Positions 16,581 through 25,217 of a stretch of 39,702 nucleotides of DNA are shown here, piece after piece. The notes below the pieces were generated by a model. The model saw only the letters and a list, made by a program, of their open reading frames with translations, was not told the DNA's origin and did not search any database. The position numbers were made by a program, and so were the translations under genes. Source of the DNA: a bacterium (GTDB lineage Bacteria; Zixibacteria; MSB-5A5; GN15; FEB-12). The DNA is taken from contig JBDRQG010000231.1 of assembly GCA_043826475.1 (NCBI GenBank), positions 1 to 39,702 on the forward strand, read 5' to 3'. The first letter of the stretch is position 1; each line of letters starts with the position of its first letter.

Positions 16581-17404
16581 AAGATATTTATCTTCCAGAT
16601 ATAGCTGTAATTGATGACATGACCGAAGAAACTGGGGACGTTACAACTTTCACTCTACGATTTAAGGATAAAAGATTGCAAGAAGAATTCGATTATAGAC
16701 CAGGTCAATTTGTTGAAGTCTCTGTTTTCGGAGTTGGTGAGATACCAATTTCCATTACCTCAACCCCATCAAGATCAGGATTCTTAGAGCTCAGTATTAA
16801 AAATGCAGGCTTGGTATCGGGTGCCCTTCACAAGCTTTCTAAAGGAGCAGAGGTCGGCGTTAGAGGACCTTTTGGAAACGGGTTCCCTTATGAAAAAGCT
16901 TTTGGGAAAAATCTACTCTTTGTGGGTGGTGGGGTAGGATTAGCTCCACTACGATCTTTAATCAATTTTGCTCTTGATAACCGTGATAGATTTGCAGACT
17001 TTTCCATACTTTATGGTTCCCGTACACCTGCGGATTTGGTTTTCCGCAAAGAACTTGAGCTTTTGGGAAAGCGTCCTGATGTGCGGACCTTTATTACTGT
17101 GGATCGTGGAGATGACCAATGGCAGGGTAACGTGGGTGTAGTGACAACCTTGTTCCCCAAAGCAGACATAACCAGCGAAGACACCCTGGCCTTTGTCTGT
17201 GGTCCCCCAGTTATGATCCCCTTCGTAATCCACGGTTTAATAAAGATCGGCTTCTCAGATGAAACAATCATCTCCACTTTGGAGAGGCACATGAAATGCG
17301 GAGTAGGTAAATGCGGTCATTGCTGCATCGGACACAAGTATGTATGTCAGGATGGGCCTGTATTCTCTTATAAAGAGATGAAGGAGATGGTAGAGAAAGC
17401 ATAG
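16577..17404 (+). CDS. AsrB / sulfhydrogenase-gamma (HydG) / PyrK-like FAD- and NAD(P)-binding 2Fe-2S flavoprotein
   Basis: 275 aa. TTG start overlaps the upstream stop. PGQFVEVSV, GPFGNGF, LLFVGGGVGLAPLRS, CGPPVM, C-terminal CGVGKCGHCCIG..YVCQDGPVF. Confidence 0.8.
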   Translation: MKDIYLPDIAVIDDMTEETGDVTTFTLRFKDKRLQEEFDYRPGQFVEVSVFGVGEIPISITSTPSRSGFLELSIKNAGLVSGALHKLSKGAEVGVRGPFGNGFPYEKAFGKNLLFVGGGVGLAPLRSLINFALDNRDRFADFSILYGSRTPADLVFRKELELLGKRPDVRTFITVDRGDDQWQGNVGVVTTLFPKADITSEDTLAFVCGPPVMIPFVIHGLIKIGFSDETIISTLERHMKCGVGKCGHCCIGHKYVCQDGPVFSYKEMKEMVEKA

Positions 17405-17448
17405 TGGAGAAAATTCGCAACTACAAGTGTAATATAGGAACATGGTAA

Positions 17449-17883
17449 ATGTTGATAAGCAAAATGAAAGAAGTTTGGATATGCCTTAAAGCCGGAAGAG
17501 TCACCCTGCCTTACCCTTTCAAACCAGCAATACCTCCAGATGGATTTAGAGGAAAGCTTGAGATAGATAAGGAAAAATGTATAGGCTGTGCTGGATGCGC
17601 AAATGTGTGTACACCAAGGGCTATTATCGTTACCGATTTAAACGGTGACTGGAGGAAAATCGATTTCTATCTGGAACGGTGCACATATTGTGGTCGATGT
17701 GAAGAAGTTTGCCCTGAAAATGCGATTGTCATGACCAAGGAATTTGAGACAGCAACCAACTCCAAGGAAGATTTGCATATATCTGTTGAGCTTTATATGG
17801 GTTCATGTCAGCGCTGTGGCCGCTGTTTCACTCCAGTACACCCTCTGGACAAAATGATGGTTACAGGATTTAGGGAGAATTGA
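17449..17883 (+). CDS. HycF / NuoI-like 2x[4Fe-4S] ferredoxin subunit
   Basis: 144 aa. CIGCAGCANVCTP and CTYCGRCEEVCPENAI, plus a further CQRCGRC. Confidence 0.8.
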   Translation: MLISKMKEVWICLKAGRVTLPYPFKPAIPPDGFRGKLEIDKEKCIGCAGCANVCTPRAIIVTDLNGDWRKIDFYLERCTYCGRCEEVCPENAIVMTKEFETATNSKEDLHISVELYMGSCQRCGRCFTPVHPLDKMMVTGFREN

Positions 17884-19572
17884 ATGTTGACAGGGAAACA
17901 GTTACTAGAAAAGCTGAAAAGGAAATTTGAAAACCAGATTATCTTATCTGAAGAAAATACGCCGGGGAAAATATTTATTACTATTCAACCAAAATCTTTG
18001 ACCTTTTTGGCAGATTATCTTTTAAATAAATTAGGATTTCGTTTTGTGATTAATATAGGCACCGATGAAATTCCACTGACCGGAGACTATGTGATCTCTT
18101 ATATATTTTCACTGGATAACGAAAAACTGTTTGTGTGCATCCATATACATATTGATCCCAACATCCCTTTTATAGACTCCATCACTCCAATAATCCCGGG
18201 TGCGAATTGGGCAGAGCGGGAAGTTCGTGACATGATCGGGGTTCATCCACGGAATCACCCGGATCCCCGTCGATTGGTACTTGCTGATGATTGGCCCGAT
18301 GATGTGTACCCTTTATGTAGGGACTTCCCTTACGACTACAAACCTCCTGCCCGACCTGAAAACAGGGTGAAATTAGCACCACCTCCAAGTGGTGCTAAGG
18401 TTATACCCATTGGGCCATTTTTCCCGGTTTTAGAAGAGCCCGCATACTTTAAGGTCTTTGTAGAGGGCGAGAAGATCATCGGCTGTGATTATAGGGGATT
18501 CTATAATCATAGGGGCATAGAAAAACTCGGAGAAAGTGTCTTAACCTATAACCAAATATGCTTTATGGCTGAACGCATTTGCGGTATTTGTGGATTTGTG
18601 CATTCATGCTGTTACTGTCAGGCTATTGAAGAAGCTGCAGACATAAAAGTGCCTCCCCGAGCCCAGTACATCCGCACTATTATGCTGGAGCTGGAAAGGA
18701 TAGCAAGTCACCTCTTATGGGTGGGAATAGCCGGACATATTATTGGATTTGACACTGTTCTGATGCATAGCTGGCGCATCCGGGAACCCGTAATGTGGTT
18801 GTGCGAACAGATTACCGGTAACAGAAAAACTTACGGTATGAACCTAATAGGAGGAGTAAGAAGAGATATTCCCATGGAATTACATCTAAAAGTTTATGAA
18901 ACAATCGATAAAATTGAGAAGGAATTAAAGGCTCTAGTGAATGCAATTCTTGGCGACACTTCTTTGCATGTCAGATTAAAAAAGGTAGGTGTACTAACAA
19001 AGGATGAGGCTTTAGATATGTGTGTGGTCGGTCCTGTTGCTAGAGCCTCAGGAGTGAATATCGACTCTCGTAGGGATCATCCCTATGCTGCTTACGACAA
19101 GCTGCAATTTAAAGTTCCAGTTAAGCAGGATGGGTGTTGTTGGTCTCGTACCTTAGTCCGATTAGAGGAATTATTTGAATCAGTAAAGATCATAAGACAA
19201 GCACTCAGAGAAATGCCTAAAGGAGAGATCATGGCTCACGTGGAAGAGATTCCACCTAATAAAGAAGCTATCTGTGTGGTAGAAGCCCCCCGGGGTGAGG
19301 TCGTACATTATGTATTAACAGGTACTGAGAATAGACCTTACCGCTGGAAAGTAAGAGCCCCAACCTACGCTAATCTTCAGGTTGTTCCAATAATCATTAA
19401 GAATGAACAAATAGCAGATGTCCTCATTGCAATCGGCAGCCTCGATCCTTGTTTCTCGTGTACAGAGCGAATGATCGTAGTGAAGAAAAAAACCGACAAG
19501 CAAACTTTAAATTGTCAGGATTTAATGAACCTGAGTAGAGAAAAAACAGTCAAAATAAAGAAAAATATTTAG
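17884..19572 (+). CDS. Group-4 [NiFe]-hydrogenase large subunit, HycE-like NuoC-NuoD fusion
   Basis: 562 aa. N-terminal NuoC-like ANWAEREVRDMIGV, then ERICGICGFVHSCCYC (L1) and DPCFSCTER (L2), followed by a 33-aa tail. Start abuts the upstream stop (TGAATG). Confidence 0.9.
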   Translation: MLTGKQLLEKLKRKFENQIILSEENTPGKIFITIQPKSLTFLADYLLNKLGFRFVINIGTDEIPLTGDYVISYIFSLDNEKLFVCIHIHIDPNIPFIDSITPIIPGANWAEREVRDMIGVHPRNHPDPRRLVLADDWPDDVYPLCRDFPYDYKPPARPENRVKLAPPPSGAKVIPIGPFFPVLEEPAYFKVFVEGEKIIGCDYRGFYNHRGIEKLGESVLTYNQICFMAERICGICGFVHSCCYCQAIEEAADIKVPPRAQYIRTIMLELERIASHLLWVGIAGHIIGFDTVLMHSWRIREPVMWLCEQITGNRKTYGMNLIGGVRRDIPMELHLKVYETIDKIEKELKALVNAILGDTSLHVRLKKVGVLTKDEALDMCVVGPVARASGVNIDSRRDHPYAAYDKLQFKVPVKQDGCCWSRTLVRLEELFESVKIIRQALREMPKGEIMAHVEEIPPNKEAICVVEAPRGEVVHYVLTGTENRPYRWKVRAPTYANLQVVPIIIKNEQIADVLIAIGSLDPCFSCTERMIVVKKKTDKQTLNCQDLMNLSREKTVKIKKNI

Positions 19573-19581
19573 GAATTAAAT

Positions 19582-19597
19582 TGGCAAACCATTTGAA
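19582..19597 (+). promoter_or_regulatory. Candidate sigma-54-like -24/-12 element, TGGCAA-N5-TTGA, in the gap between the large- and small-subunit genes
   Basis: TGGCAAACCATTTGAA has the correct GG..G spacing but lacks the -12 C. It sits 10 nt after the hycE-like stop in a 147-bp spacer. Confidence 0.3.
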
Positions 19598-19719
19598 AGC
19601 ACAAACTTTTTAAATGTAGAGAACACAAAGTAGGTACAATAATTGCTAAGTTTTTATTACACTTACATGCTTTACAACCATTCAGCTAACTTTGCGGTTA
19701 ATTTAAGGGGATAGCAGTC

Positions 19720-20199
19720 ATGTTCAAGACTCTATTAAACAAATGCTTCAAGAAATCCATCTGGGTTTATCACACAAATACCGGAGCTTGTAACGGCTGT
19801 GACATCGAGGTAATTAATACGTTGACACCCTATTATGACGCTGAGAGATTCGGGATCAAATTAGTGGGAACCCCTCGGCACGCTGACGCACTATTAGTTT
19901 GCGGCCCCGTGACCCGACAAGTAGTTCCCGCCCTCAAATGTTTGTACGATTCTGTGCCCGATCCTAAGATGATAATTGCTATTGGATCCTGTGCCATTGG
20001 CGGAGGAATTTGGTACAATACTTACAATGTTCTAGGTGGTGTTGATAAAATACTTCCTGTGGATTATTTCATCCCCGGATGTCCTCCCCGCCCTGAAGCT
20101 ATTCTTTACGGTATTGCAGTGGCTCTGGGAGTGGTGAAGAAGAAAGTGTCTCCGGTAATCCTCAAAGAAGAAAGCCCCGAAAAATGGATGACATTTTAA
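19720..20199 (+). CDS. Group-4 [NiFe]-hydrogenase small subunit (NuoB/HycG/EchC-like)
   Basis: 159 aa. GACNGCDIE, GSCAIGGG and IPGCPPRPE supply the four Cys of the proximal 4Fe-4S cluster. Confidence 0.9.
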   Translation: MFKTLLNKCFKKSIWVYHTNTGACNGCDIEVINTLTPYYDAERFGIKLVGTPRHADALLVCGPVTRQVVPALKCLYDSVPDPKMIIAIGSCAIGGGIWYNTYNVLGGVDKILPVDYFIPGCPPRPEAILYGIAVALGVVKKKVSPVILKEESPEKWMTF

Positions 20200-21119
20200 G
20201 AGCCATATTCTATACAATTATCTTTCCAGGTTTAATTTTTACTAGTGTCCTTGGCCTTTTCTTCTGTTGGGTTGATAGAAAGATAGCCGCACGAATCCAA
20301 AGTAGAATAGGACCACCATGGTATCAGTGTTATGCCGATGTTCTCAAACTGATGGGCAAAACGATGATAATACCCAGAGGGAGCAGAAAAGCTGGTTTTT
20401 TATTGGCTCCTCTTTTAGGATTAGCCGGCGTCACTCTGGTATCGACCATAATCTGGAGAGTAAACATAAACCAGGAAGTAAGTTTTGTAGGTGACTTGAT
20501 TGTAGTGCTTTACTTATTGATTCTACCTTCTCTTGCTTTGATTATGGGTGGTTCTTCTTCGCGAAATCCTTTTGGAGCCATAGGTGCTAGCAGGGAAATG
20601 AAAATGATATTAGCATATGAACTGCCATTTCTCATTGCAATTATTACCGTTATATTGAAGGTCAAATCAATACTCTTAGGAGAGATTATCACATTTCAAT
20701 CCATTCAGGGAGTTTTAGTGGGAAATCCTTCGTGTGTAATTGCTTTTATCGTCTGTCTCCCTTGTATTCAGGCTAAACTCACCTACATACCTTTCGATAT
20801 TCCGGAGGCAGAAACAGAAATTATTGGGGGCACTCTGGCAGAATATTCCGGCGTCTCGCTTGCTATATTCAAATTAACCAATGCTATGATGTTATTTATC
20901 TTACCCTTCTTTTTGATTTCTCTTTTTTTCGGTGGAATTAATTTCAATATAAAAGGAATTCTAATTGTACTGGTTGAATATCTGGCAATTCTTCTTCTAA
21001 TAATATTAATCAAAACAACTCATCCTCGCCTCCGTATTGATCAGGCAATTAAGTTCTTCTGGTGGCTTGTGACTCCGTTTGCGGTTGTCGGGATGATTCT
21101 GGCACTGATAGGAGTGTAA
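20184..21119 (+). CDS. NuoH / HycD-like integral membrane subunit
   Basis: 311 aa, polytopic and hydrophobic. N-terminal WVDRKIAARIQSRIGPPW motif typical of NuoH/HycD. 16-nt overlap with the small-subunit gene. Confidence 0.85.
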   Translation: MDDILRAIFYTIIFPGLIFTSVLGLFFCWVDRKIAARIQSRIGPPWYQCYADVLKLMGKTMIIPRGSRKAGFLLAPLLGLAGVTLVSTIIWRVNINQEVSFVGDLIVVLYLLILPSLALIMGGSSSRNPFGAIGASREMKMILAYELPFLIAIITVILKVKSILLGEIITFQSIQGVLVGNPSCVIAFIVCLPCIQAKLTYIPFDIPEAETEIIGGTLAEYSGVSLAIFKLTNAMMLFILPFFLISLFFGGINFNIKGILIVLVEYLAILLLIILIKTTHPRLRIDQAIKFFWWLVTPFAVVGMILALIGV

Positions 21120-21121
21120 AA

Positions 21122-22954
21122 ATGAATTTGATTCTTCTCATTCCGATTATATTGCCAATAACTATAGGATTTATATGTCTGATTGTTCCTTGGCAGCGAA
21201 TCAGGGAGGTATTCACTTTTATTGGGATGCTACTGACCACTGCTGTGGCTTTGAAAATCCTACTTTTGAATGAACTCAGGTTGCAGATAGAGTGGATTAC
21301 CCTCTCTTCTATGCAAATAAATTTTGATCTTATCTCCTACCACTTTAGCGCCTTCATTCTCCTTGCTTGCTCGTTTTTCGGATTGTTAATCACAATCTAT
21401 TCTCTAAAACAGATGAAAGGCAAATATTATTTGAAAGAATATTACATCTATCTACTTTGGACGGTGGGGATTGCTAATGGTTCTATCCTTTCTAACAATC
21501 TGGTTATTCTACTGATTTTTTGGGGTATTATGCCGGTATTGCTATATCTTCTTATAGATATTAGTGGGTCTGGTTCTGGAAAAGCGGCATTAAAGAGTAT
21601 TATCATCGTAGGAGGTTCAGATTTTCTCATGTTATTGGGTGTGGTTATTATCTGGCACCTTAAAGGCACCATAACAATGAACGAGATAATAATCCCCATA
21701 GAAGATGGATTGTCTACAGCAGCTTTTATTCTTCTGACAATTGGAGCCGTTGCTAAGGCAGGTGCTATGCCTTTTCATAGCTGGATTCCGGACGCAGCTG
21801 AAGTTGCCCACGTACCAGTTATGGCTTTTCTCCCAGCAGCACTTGATAAGCTACTTGGAATTTACCTCTTGGTTAGGATCGCTTTAGACCTCTTTATAAT
21901 GGATTATAGTATGAAGGTTCTCTTGATGAGCATCGGTGCAGTCACCATAATTGCCGCTGTGATGATGGCCCTGGTTCAAAAAGATTTGAAAAAGCTGCTC
22001 TCTTATCATGCCGTATCGCAAGTCGGGTATATGGTTTTGGGGATCGGCACCGGAACACTAATAGGGATTGCTGGCGGGTTATTCCACATGTTGAATAACG
22101 TCATTTACAAATGTTGTCTCTTTCTGTGTTGCGGGGCGGTTGAACACAGAATAAAAACAACTAACTTAGAAAGCTTAGGCGGTTTAGCCAGGACGATGCC
22201 GGTGACTTTCATTACCTGTACTATTGCTGCCCTCTCCATATCCGGGATTCCCCCCTTAAATGGATTTGTCTCCAAATGGATGGTGTATCAAGGGACGATC
22301 GATGTAGGTGGTTCAATATGGCCCATTTTTTTAATCGCTGCAATGTTCGGCAGTGCCTTAACTCTGGCCTCTTTTGTAAAAGTTCTTCACTCGGTCTTCT
22401 TGGGTGAAAAGCCAAAAGAGATCATGGAACCGAAGGAAGTGGAATTCTCGATGAAAGTTCCTTTGGTAATCCTTGCTCTTTTCTGTGTGTTTTTTGGGAT
22501 CTTTGCTCAATTCCCCTTAAAATATTTTATTGGACCGGTGCTGGAAGTAAGATTCAGTGGAATTGGGGAAGCTATTAACCTTAATGGGATGTGGAGTCCT
22601 ACATTAGCCACTACTCTTCTTGCTTTCAGCCTGGTATGCGGGATAATCTTCTATCGAATAGGAAACATTAAGGCTTTGAAAGAGGGGGATATTTTCGTGG
22701 GTGGAGAGCCTATCGATTGTGAGGAGCTAAGAATATCAGGAATTCATTTTTACGATACTATTGAATCTACTGGCTTTTTAAAGTACCTGTATAAAAAAGC
22801 AAAGGCACGAGCATTTGATCCTTATGAATGGGGAAAAACCATCTCTTTTTCTCTTTACTCGGGTTTAAGTAAGATACACAGTGGTATTTTACCAATTTAT
22901 TTACTCTGGATTATCGTCGGATTTGCAGTTTTATTGTTCATATTGATGAAATGA
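21122..22954 (+). CDS. NuoL/M/N / HycC-like antiporter-type membrane subunit
   Basis: The ORF track starts at 21062, inside the previous gene. ATG 21122 (MNLILLIPIIL) begins 3 nt after that gene's stop, giving 610 aa. Motifs include AKAGAMPFHSWIPDA and LLSYHAVSQVGYM. Confidence 0.85.
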   Translation: MNLILLIPIILPITIGFICLIVPWQRIREVFTFIGMLLTTAVALKILLLNELRLQIEWITLSSMQINFDLISYHFSAFILLACSFFGLLITIYSLKQMKGKYYLKEYYIYLLWTVGIANGSILSNNLVILLIFWGIMPVLLYLLIDISGSGSGKAALKSIIIVGGSDFLMLLGVVIIWHLKGTITMNEIIIPIEDGLSTAAFILLTIGAVAKAGAMPFHSWIPDAAEVAHVPVMAFLPAALDKLLGIYLLVRIALDLFIMDYSMKVLLMSIGAVTIIAAVMMALVQKDLKKLLSYHAVSQVGYMVLGIGTGTLIGIAGGLFHMLNNVIYKCCLFLCCGAVEHRIKTTNLESLGGLARTMPVTFITCTIAALSISGIPPLNGFVSKWMVYQGTIDVGGSIWPIFLIAAMFGSALTLASFVKVLHSVFLGEKPKEIMEPKEVEFSMKVPLVILALFCVFFGIFAQFPLKYFIGPVLEVRFSGIGEAINLNGMWSPTLATTLLAFSLVCGIIFYRIGNIKALKEGDIFVGGEPIDCEELRISGIHFYDTIESTGFLKYLYKKAKARAFDPYEWGKTISFSLYSGLSKIHSGILPIYLLWIIVGFAVLLFILMK

Positions 22955-23140
22955 AAAATGCAAACGGTGTACCAGAAGTGCTCGAGGCAAGTCTGGGGAA
23001 TAATTCTCCATGACCGAGGTAGAATTCCCCACAAAATAAACAATTCCAAGTATTTAAAGAGTTTTTTAAATAAATATTTTAGATACAAGCTATTACATTA
23101 CAACCAATTGGGATTTGATCCATCAGGCTGTTTTGTTATT

Positions 23141-23156
23141 TGGTATAGAATTTGAC
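23141..23156 (+). promoter_or_regulatory. Candidate sigma-54-like -24/-12 element, TGGTAT-N5-TTGA
   Basis: TGGTATAGAATTTGAC has the same GG..G spacing, and the same 18-nt distance from the -12 G to the ATG, as the 12476 site. Weaker -24 half (T for C). Confidence 0.25.
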
Positions 23157-23171
23157 GCTACCACAAGTAAG

Positions 23172-24275
23172 ATGATTAATAGAACAGAAAATATTACAAT
23201 ACTTATTATTGATGATGATGAATCTATGTGTGATGCATGTGTGCAGACATACGTGAAAAGTGGTTATATAGTAGATATTGCAGGCGATGGTGTTTCTGGC
23301 ATGCAAAAGGTTAAAGATATAAATCCCGATCTTGTGCTTGTTGACCTGAAAATGCCCGGGATAAGTGGTATGGTTGTGCTTGAAGAGATTAAAAAAATTG
23401 ACCCGGAAATTGTTACTATAGTGATAACGGGTTATGCGTCAATCGATTCGGCAATCGAATCGATGAAAAAAGGCGCATACGATTTTTTGCCTAAGCCGTT
23501 TACTCCTGAAGAGCTACGACTGATCACTAAAAGAGCCCTTGAGAAAAGGCGATTGACTATTGAATCTAATCGCTTACTTCAAGAGAAAAATGAAATGAGA
23601 GAAGGATTCATTAGTATGGTTTCACATCAACTTAGAACTCCTCTTGTTGCTGTGCAGCAATATTTTGAAGTAATTCTCGGTGGTATGGCTGGTGAAGTCA
23701 CTGATGAACAAAGAGAGATGCTGGAGAGGTCTAAAATTCGCATTGATCAGCTGATATATTTAATCAAGGACTGGCTTAATCTATCAAAGATAGATGCTAA
23801 TAGGATTGTAAAAAAATTGGCATCGATAAATATAACTTCAATTTTCACGAATATTTTTAATTTGATGCAGACAATTGCAAAGGAAAAGAATATTACTCTA
23901 AAGATGGATATTCCTGAAAATCTTCCTACAATTTCTGCTGATGAGGAAACTCTGGAACAGGCGTTCTTAAATTTGGTTGATAATGGAATAAAATATGGTA
24001 AAAATGATGGAAGTCTGGTAGTTAGTGCAAAGGAAAAGAATGGATATATAGAGGTGAGTATTTCTGATAATGGTATCGGAATTCCGGAGGATAAATTGCC
24101 TTTTATCTTCGAACAATTTTATCAGGTTGAATATAAGACTGAAAGTGCCGGTTTGGGATTATCTATTGTAAAGAAGATTATGGATGCTCATTCCGCCACT
24201 ATCAAAGTAACAAGTGAACTTGGTAAGGGAAGTACTTTTACGGTGCTATTACCAAAAATCAAGGAGGAGAAATGA
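23172..24275 (+). CDS. Receiver-histidine kinase (REC, HisKA, HATPase) with no sensor domain
   Basis: The ORF track starts at TTG 23115. I prefer ATG 23172 (MINRTENITILIIDDD), giving 367 aa. NtrC-type REC (DLKMPG, GYASIDSA, AYDFLPKPF). H-box SMVSHQLRTPL, N-box NLVDNGIKYG, G-boxes DNGIGI and AGLGLSI. Confidence 0.8.
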   Translation: MINRTENITILIIDDDESMCDACVQTYVKSGYIVDIAGDGVSGMQKVKDINPDLVLVDLKMPGISGMVVLEEIKKIDPEIVTIVITGYASIDSAIESMKKGAYDFLPKPFTPEELRLITKRALEKRRLTIESNRLLQEKNEMREGFISMVSHQLRTPLVAVQQYFEVILGGMAGEVTDEQREMLERSKIRIDQLIYLIKDWLNLSKIDANRIVKKLASINITSIFTNIFNLMQTIAKEKNITLKMDIPENLPTISADEETLEQAFLNLVDNGIKYGKNDGSLVVSAKEKNGYIEVSISDNGIGIPEDKLPFIFEQFYQVEYKTESAGLGLSIVKKIMDAHSATIKVTSELGKGSTFTVLLPKIKEEK

Positions 24276-25060
24276 AAGGGATAAAAATTTTATTCGTAGA
24301 TGATGATGCTGACTTTCGTAAATCTGTAACAAAAATATTGGAAAGTGACGGATATAATGTAATTACGGCGTTCAATGGAAAGGAGGCACGGCAGAAATTG
24401 AAAAAAGAGAAACCTGACCTTGTAATTCTGGATATAATGTTGCCGGATGAAGATGGATTTTCAATATGCAATGAGTTAAAGGAAATGACAGGTTTTTTTG
24501 AGATACCAATCCTTATCTTGACATCTGTCAGTGCCGAAATTGAAGGAGAAAAATATGCAGAAAAAATAGCTTTGTATCACAAAGCTGATGACTATGCTGA
24601 GAAACCTATTGATCCAAAAGAATTACTTGCAAGAGTCTATACATTGATTACTCGAAGGAGAATCACTGTCTCTGAACCGACAAATAAAAAGAAAGTACTG
24701 ATTATTGATGGTGATATAGATTTTGTACGCTCAATGCGGGAGTTATTAGAATCGAACGATTTTGAAGTACAGTCTACAGATACTGCAAATGGGGGAATTA
24801 AGATGGCTAAGGCGATGCTGCCTGATCTTATATTAATAGATGCTATGCTTCCGGACAAGGATGGCTTTACAGTATCACGTGAATTAAAGACAGATACTCG
24901 AACATATAATATACCCATTATTATGCTAACAGCTCTTGATAAGCAATTTAGAAAGCCCGATTTTGCGCGTACTATGGCTGGTACACATAAGGTAGATGAG
25001 TTTATTCCTAAACCAATAAAGTCTGAACATATATTGGCAAAGATACGAAAATATGTTTAG
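24272..25060 (+). CDS. Second tandem-receiver (REC-REC) protein
   Basis: 262 aa. ATGA overlap with the REC-kinase gene. Two REC domains (VILDIMLPDEDGF and ILIDAMLPDKDGF), each ending in the DDYAEKP / DEFIPKP lysine motif. Confidence 0.85.
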   Translation: MKGIKILFVDDDADFRKSVTKILESDGYNVITAFNGKEARQKLKKEKPDLVILDIMLPDEDGFSICNELKEMTGFFEIPILILTSVSAEIEGEKYAEKIALYHKADDYAEKPIDPKELLARVYTLITRRRITVSEPTNKKKVLIIDGDIDFVRSMRELLESNDFEVQSTDTANGGIKMAKAMLPDLILIDAMLPDKDGFTVSRELKTDTRTYNIPIIMLTALDKQFRKPDFARTMAGTHKVDEFIPKPIKSEHILAKIRKYV

Positions 25061-25217
25061 TAGAGTTAGATGCTTATAAGAATGAGATGAGCAATTATAA
25101 AACATTATTTACAGTTATTTGCATCGATTCTTATGATATTATGGTTTTATGTGAATTACTTTCTCGACCTTTCCAACAACTAATGGAAAGGAGAGATAGT
25201 GATAATTAGGAGGGAAA

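Noticed and set aside
13372-19572. Selenocysteine recoding (in-frame TGA) in the FdhH-like, hydrogenase or MvhD genes
   Set aside because: All these ORFs are uninterrupted and of full family length. The FdhH-like active-site codon is TAC (Tyr), not TGA or TGY.
21062-21121. Upstream extension of the NuoL/HycC-like ORF (MACDSVCGCRDDSGTDRSVK...)
   Set aside because: The extension overlaps the end of the NuoH-like gene by 58 nt and is non-hydrophobic. ATG 21122, 3 nt after that gene's stop, begins the expected hydrophobic N-terminus.
22995-23030. GGGGAAT...ATTCCCC hairpin after the hycC-like stop, considered as a terminator
   Set aside because: The interior of the stem is imperfect and no T-tract follows, so I cannot support a rho-independent terminator call.
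22958-23171. 65-aa ORF (22958-23155) and the TTG 23115 extension of the REC-kinase gene
   Set aside because: There is no motif or RBS. The receiver fold starts right after ATG 23172. The region is more likely a promoter or terminator spacer.
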